Origin: Chiloscyllium plagiosum | Lineage: Eukaryota | NCBI RefSeq assembly: GCF_004010195.1 | Contig: NC_057750.1 | Span: 7,730,333 to 7,769,703, forward strand | Direction of reading: 5' to 3' | Length of the DNA stretch: 39,371 bases | Shown here: positions 35,305-39,371 of the stretch, one piece after another | Layout of the letters: each line of letters begins with the position of its first letter | Position numbering within the stretch: the stretch's first letter is position 1 | Made by a program: the position numbers and the translations under genes | Notes under the pieces: generated by a model | What the model saw: the letters and a program-made list of their open reading frames with translations, nothing else | What the model was told of the DNA's origin: nothing | Databases searched by the model: none

Positions 35305-35845
35305 CTGATGCTGCCTGGCTTACTATGTTCTCCCAGCCTCCTGCCTGTCCCCCCTGATGCTGCCTTGTCTTGCTGTGTTGTCCCAGCCTCCTGCCTGTCT
35401 CTCCCGATGCTGCCTGGCTTGCTGTTTTCTCCCAACCTCCTGCCTGTCCCTCCTGATGCTGCCTGGCCTGCTGTGTTCTCCCAGCCTCCTGCCTGTCCCC
35501 CCTGATGCTGCCTTGTCTTGCTGTGTTCCCCCATCCTCCTGCCTGTCTCTCCTGATGCTGCCTGGCTTACTATGTTCTCCCAGCCTCCTGCCTGTCCCTC
35601 CTGATGCTGCCTTGTCTTGCTGTGTTCCCCCATCCTCCTGCCTGTCTCTCCTGATGCTGCCTGGCTTACTATGATCTCCCAGCCTCCTGCCTGTCCCCCC
35701 TGATGCTGCCTTGTCTTGCTGTGTTCCCCCAGCCTCCTGCCTGTCTCTCCCGATGCTGCCTGGCTTGCTGTGTTCTCCCAACCTCCTGCCTGTCTCTCCT
35801 GATGCTGCCGGCCTTGCTGTGTTCCCCCAGCCTCCTGCCTGTCTA
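35305..35845. repeat. Tandem array, 11 copies of a 49/50-bp unit derived from the Penelope-type element tail
   Basis: gatgctgcc starts at 35307, 35356, 35406, 35455, 35504, 35554, 35603, 35653, 35702, 35752 and 35801. Confidence 0.95.
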
Positions 35846-36604
35846 CAGCAGCACAGTCTGGGTGAATTGCCAGAGGCGTGGAGGCCCGGGCTTTACCCAG
35901 CTGCTGGAACTGTGCATGAGTCGGTTCACACTGCTGCACCTTTCAATCTTTGGTTTATCCCCCTGCACCCATGGGATTATAAGTCTCTACATTTCAGATA
36001 CCTTTTTTTATCTCAACAAACAAAAGCTTTCTGAGGCACTGGGAAAATGTACTTCAAAGCTGATACGTTCCATTACAATACAATCTGCCAATGGGAAAGT
36101 CTCCCAATCTTATCTCCTGCCATAAGTCCAAAGATGTGCAGGTTATGGATTGGCCAAGCTAAATTGTCCCATAGTGTCCAGGGATGTGAGGCAAGGTAAA
36201 TTAAATGTGGGGTTATGGTAATAGTGTAGGGGTAGGATGCTCTTCGAAGTTTCAGTGCTGAGCTGATGGGCTGAATGGCCTCTATCCGCACTATAGCAAT
36301 TCCATAATTCTACAGCAAGTGTATTGGAGAGATTTAGGGATTGATAAACACCCTGGTTGGCCACAGCTTCTGGCCAAGAGGTAGTAACACCTACTGTGAC
36401 ACAAGACCTGCTCCTCCACCTTGATTTCATGCTGAAACCTTTGAAATGGCACTTGAGCAATGTTCCCGCTGAGCTGTGCGGTCATGAAGCTGCTGGGAAA
36501 TTCTGTGAATGGAGTGTGCTGATACTTTGGCTCTTGCTTCCGGAAGCTGGTGCTGATCTCGGAGCTTGAACGAAAATTGGGAGGGAGCGTCACATTTTCA
36601 TCAT

Positions 36605-36908
36605 CATAGTATCCCTACAGTGCGTGGAAACAGGCCATTTAGCTCAACAAGTTCAGACTGACCCTCCAAAGAGAAACCCACCCAGAACCCATTCCCTTAC
36701 ATTTTCATGTGACTAATGCACCTAGCCTGAACACTATGGGCAATCCACATTAACCTGCACATCTTTGCACTGTGGGAGGAAACTGGAGCAAACCCACACA
36801 GGCACAGGGAGAACGTGCAAACTCCATACAGACAGTCGCCTGAGGGTGGAATCGAACCAGGTCCCTGGTGCTATGAGGCAGCAGTGCTAACCACTGAGCC
36901 ACCGTGCC
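36605..36908 (-). mobile_element. HE1-type V-SINE
   Basis: Head ggcacggtggctcagtggttagc (reverse complement) and V-domain. Confidence 0.85.
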
Positions 36909-36974
36909 ATCCTAAAGCCACAACCTCCTGACTTCGACAGAGATGCCACATCAACACCAATTGAAAGTGACATC

Positions 36975-37560
36975 TTTTGGATTTGGTTTGATCTATTACT
37001 GTCACGTGTTCTGAGGTACAGTGAAAAGTGTTGTCTGACATGCTTTACAGGCAGATCATACCATACAAGTGCATCAGGGTAACAGAACAGAGTGCAGGAT
37101 ACCGAGAAAGTGCAGAGAGACACATCCATAATTACACTGAGCAGGTACATTCTAAAGTCTGATAACAGAAGCTGTTCATGAATCTGTTTGCACTTGTATA
37201 CTAACATTTATTTCTTCTGTCTGACGGAGGAGAGTATAACCGGGGTGGGACGGGTCTGTGATGATGTTGGCTGCCTTCCTGAGGCAGTGGGAAGTGTAGG
37301 CGGAGTCAGTGGATGGGAGGCTGGTGAGGGACTGGGCTGTGTTCACGTCTCTCTGGAGTTTCTTACTGTCCCGGACAGAGCTGTTGCCGTACCAGGCCAT
37401 GATGCATCCGGATAGGATGCTTTCTGTGGTGCATCTGTAAAAATTGGTAAGAGTCCTAGTGGACATGCTGACTTTCCTTTGCTTCCTGAGAATGTAGAAG
37501 GATTGGTGTGCTTTCTTGGCCGTAGTGTCAATGTGGAACAGGACAGATAGTTGGTGCTCA
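36975..37560 (-). mobile_element. Rex1/Babar-type LINE 3' fragment
   Basis: TLTNFYRCTTESILSGCIMAWYGNSS...KKLQR..NTAQ...CLRKAANIITDPSHPG. Confidence 0.8.
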
Positions 37561-37754
37561 TCTTTTTATTTTAATTCATTCAGGGGTTGTGGGCATCACT
37601 GGTTCTGTTGCCCATTCCCTACTTCCCCTGGAAAAGGTGGGGATGAGCTGCCATCTTGATCCCCTACAGTCCGTGTGCTGTGGGTAGCTCCACAATGCTG
37701 TGAGAGAGGCAGTTCCAGTGACACTGAGAGAACACCGGTCTACACCGGTCTACA

Positions 37755-38560
37755 CTGAAGCACTCCATGCAACAAGATCTGGAGGGCTTTTGCCCGAAAC
37801 ATCGATTTTCCTGCCCCTTGGATGCTGCCTGACCTGCTGTGCTTTTCCAGCGCCATTCTCTCGACTGTAATCTCCAGCATCTGCAGTCTTCACTTTCGCC
37901 TAAGATCTGGACAATATCCAGGCTTGGGCTGACAAGTGGCAAGTAACATTCACACCACAAAGCTGTCAGGCTGTGACCATCTACCTTCTAACCACTGCCC
38001 ATTGATATTCAATGGTTTTATCATCGCTGAATCTCCAACTATCAAAATCCTTAATGTTGCCATTGACCAAAAATTCAATTGCACTCATTATATAAATACA
38101 GTGGCTATGAGAGTTGGATCAGAGGCTAGGAATACTGCAGCGAGTAACTCACTTCCTGACTCCCCAAACCCTGTCCACCATCAACAAGACACAAGTCAAA
38201 AGTGTGGAATGCTCCCCACTTGCCTGGATGGGTGCAGCTCACTATTTATGAATGCACTGCAAACATTTCACCAAAGATCCTCAGACAGCGTCTTCCAATT
38301 CCATGACCACTTTCACCTAGAAGGACAAGAACAGCTGTTACATGGAACACCGCCCCCTGCAAGTTCCCCTCCAAGCCACTCACCATCCTAACTTGGGAAT
38401 ATATCGCCGTTCCTTCACTATCACTGGGTCATGATCCCGGAGCTCCCTCCCACAGCACATAGACTGTAACAGATCAAGAAGGCGGCTCAAGGACAACAAG
38501 AGACGGCCAATATATACTGGCCCAGCCAGTGACACTCACATCCCATGAATGTATAAAAAT
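37755..38560 (+). mobile_element. L2/Crack-like LINE 3' fragment with a Penelope-type insert (37784-37901, TSD aagatctgga)
   Basis: MQQDL|DNIQAWADKWQVTF spans the insert; 3' end ccagccagtgacactcacatcccatgaatgtataaaaa. Confidence 0.7.
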
Positions 38561-38574
38561 GACATTCCAATTCC

Positions 38575-38985
38575 GGATAGTGAGTGATTTGGATGGGAAC
38601 TTGCAATGACTGGTGTTCCCAAGCATCTGCTGCCTTTGTCCTTCTAGTTGGAAGTGCTCATGGGCTTGGAAGGCACTGTTAGAGAAGCCTTGGTGAGTTG
38701 CTCCAGTGTATCTTGTAGATGGTACACACTGCTACTACTGAGCATCGGCGGTGAAGGGAATAGATGCTTGTGGATGTGGTGCCAATCATGCGGGGCCTGC
38801 TTTGTCCTGGATGGTGTTGAGCTTCTTGAGTGTTGTTGGAGCTGCCCCCATCCAGGGCAAGTGGGGAGTATTCCATCACACTCCTGACTTGTGCCTTGTA
38901 GATGGTGGACAGGCTTTGGGGAATGTGCAGGTGAGTTACTTGTCACAGAATTCCCAGCCTCTCCTTGCTCTTGTAGCCACATAAT
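38575..38985 (-). mobile_element. Second L2/Crack-like fragment, inverted relative to the first
   Basis: MMEYSPLA...SLHRRCSVVAVCTIYKIH; homologous in reverse to about 38130-38350. Confidence 0.65.
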
Positions 38986-39085
38986 TTTATGATTACTCTT
39001 TTTCATGAATGAGACATCAAATTCAGACCCTGCCTGCCCTGTCAGTAGATTGAATGGTGCTACTGAATTTAAAAAGGAAATCTCT

Positions 39086-39371
39086 AGAAAGGGAGGCAAG
39101 AGAGGAGGGGGAGTGGCATTTTTGATAAGGGATAGCATTACAGCTGTGCTGAAGGAGGATATTCCCGGAAATACATCCAGGGAAGTTACTTGGGTGGAAC
39201 TGAGAAATAAGAAAGGGATGATCACCTTATTGGGATTGTATTATAGACCCCCTAATAGTCAGTGGGAAATTGAGAAACAAACTTGTAAGGAGGTCTCAGC
39301 TATCTGTAAGAATAATAGGGTGGTTATGGTAGGGGATTTTAACTTTCCAAACATCAACTGGGACTGCCATA
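39086..39371 (+). mobile_element. CR1 ORF2 APE-endonuclease segment, reading frame open to the window end
   Basis: RKGGKRGGGVAFLIRDSI...WVELRNKKG..TLLGLYYRPPNS...VVMVGDFNFPNINWD contains the RGGGV, YRPP and GDFN endonuclease motifs. Confidence 0.85.

Noticed and set aside
35305..35845. CRISPR-like array
   Set aside because: Units are contiguous with no unique spacers, the context is vertebrate, and there are no cas genes.
35265..35939. Long repetitive ORFs (224 aa, 152 aa and others) as a repeat protein
   Set aside because: They arise from the 49/50-bp satellite. The unit length is not a multiple of 3, frames are open on both strands, and there is no splice or start context.
36357..36569. 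70-aa ORF in unique upstream DNA
   Set aside because: Non-ATG start and no recognisable family; the length is expected by chance.
37731..37755. Short tandem duplications (10-bp here; 13-bp at about 15923; 15-bp at about 16003) and the GACA/GA microsatellite at about 6195
   Set aside because: Ordinary slippage products with no further structure.

Overview
This is vertebrate genomic DNA that looks like shark (Chondrichthyes) sequence, judged from HE1-type V-SINEs, HER1/CR1 LINE ends and Deu-type SINEs. Most of the window is interspersed repeat. One host coding exon is recognisable: the first coding exon of a protein kinase D gene (PRKD family, closest by eye to PRKD2) on the minus strand at 28979-28776, with a canonical GTAAG donor. 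I found no second exon, so bases 1-28775 appear to be part of a large first intron and 29000-39371 is 5'UTR, promoter and upstream intergenic DNA. Nearly all other ORFs in the track are fragments of CR1, L1, RTE, Rex/Babar or L2-like LINEs, or are SINE and satellite artefacts. The most striking hidden structure is more than 15 short Penelope-type elements, from three sub-families, that carry minimal hammerhead ribozyme motifs. They often form fold-back palindromes and are flanked by 10-18 bp target-site duplications (TSDs). Also present are a twin-priming-like inverted CR1, two locally templated insertions, and a 49/50-bp satellite derived from the Penelope-type element. Repeat boundaries are estimated by eye.
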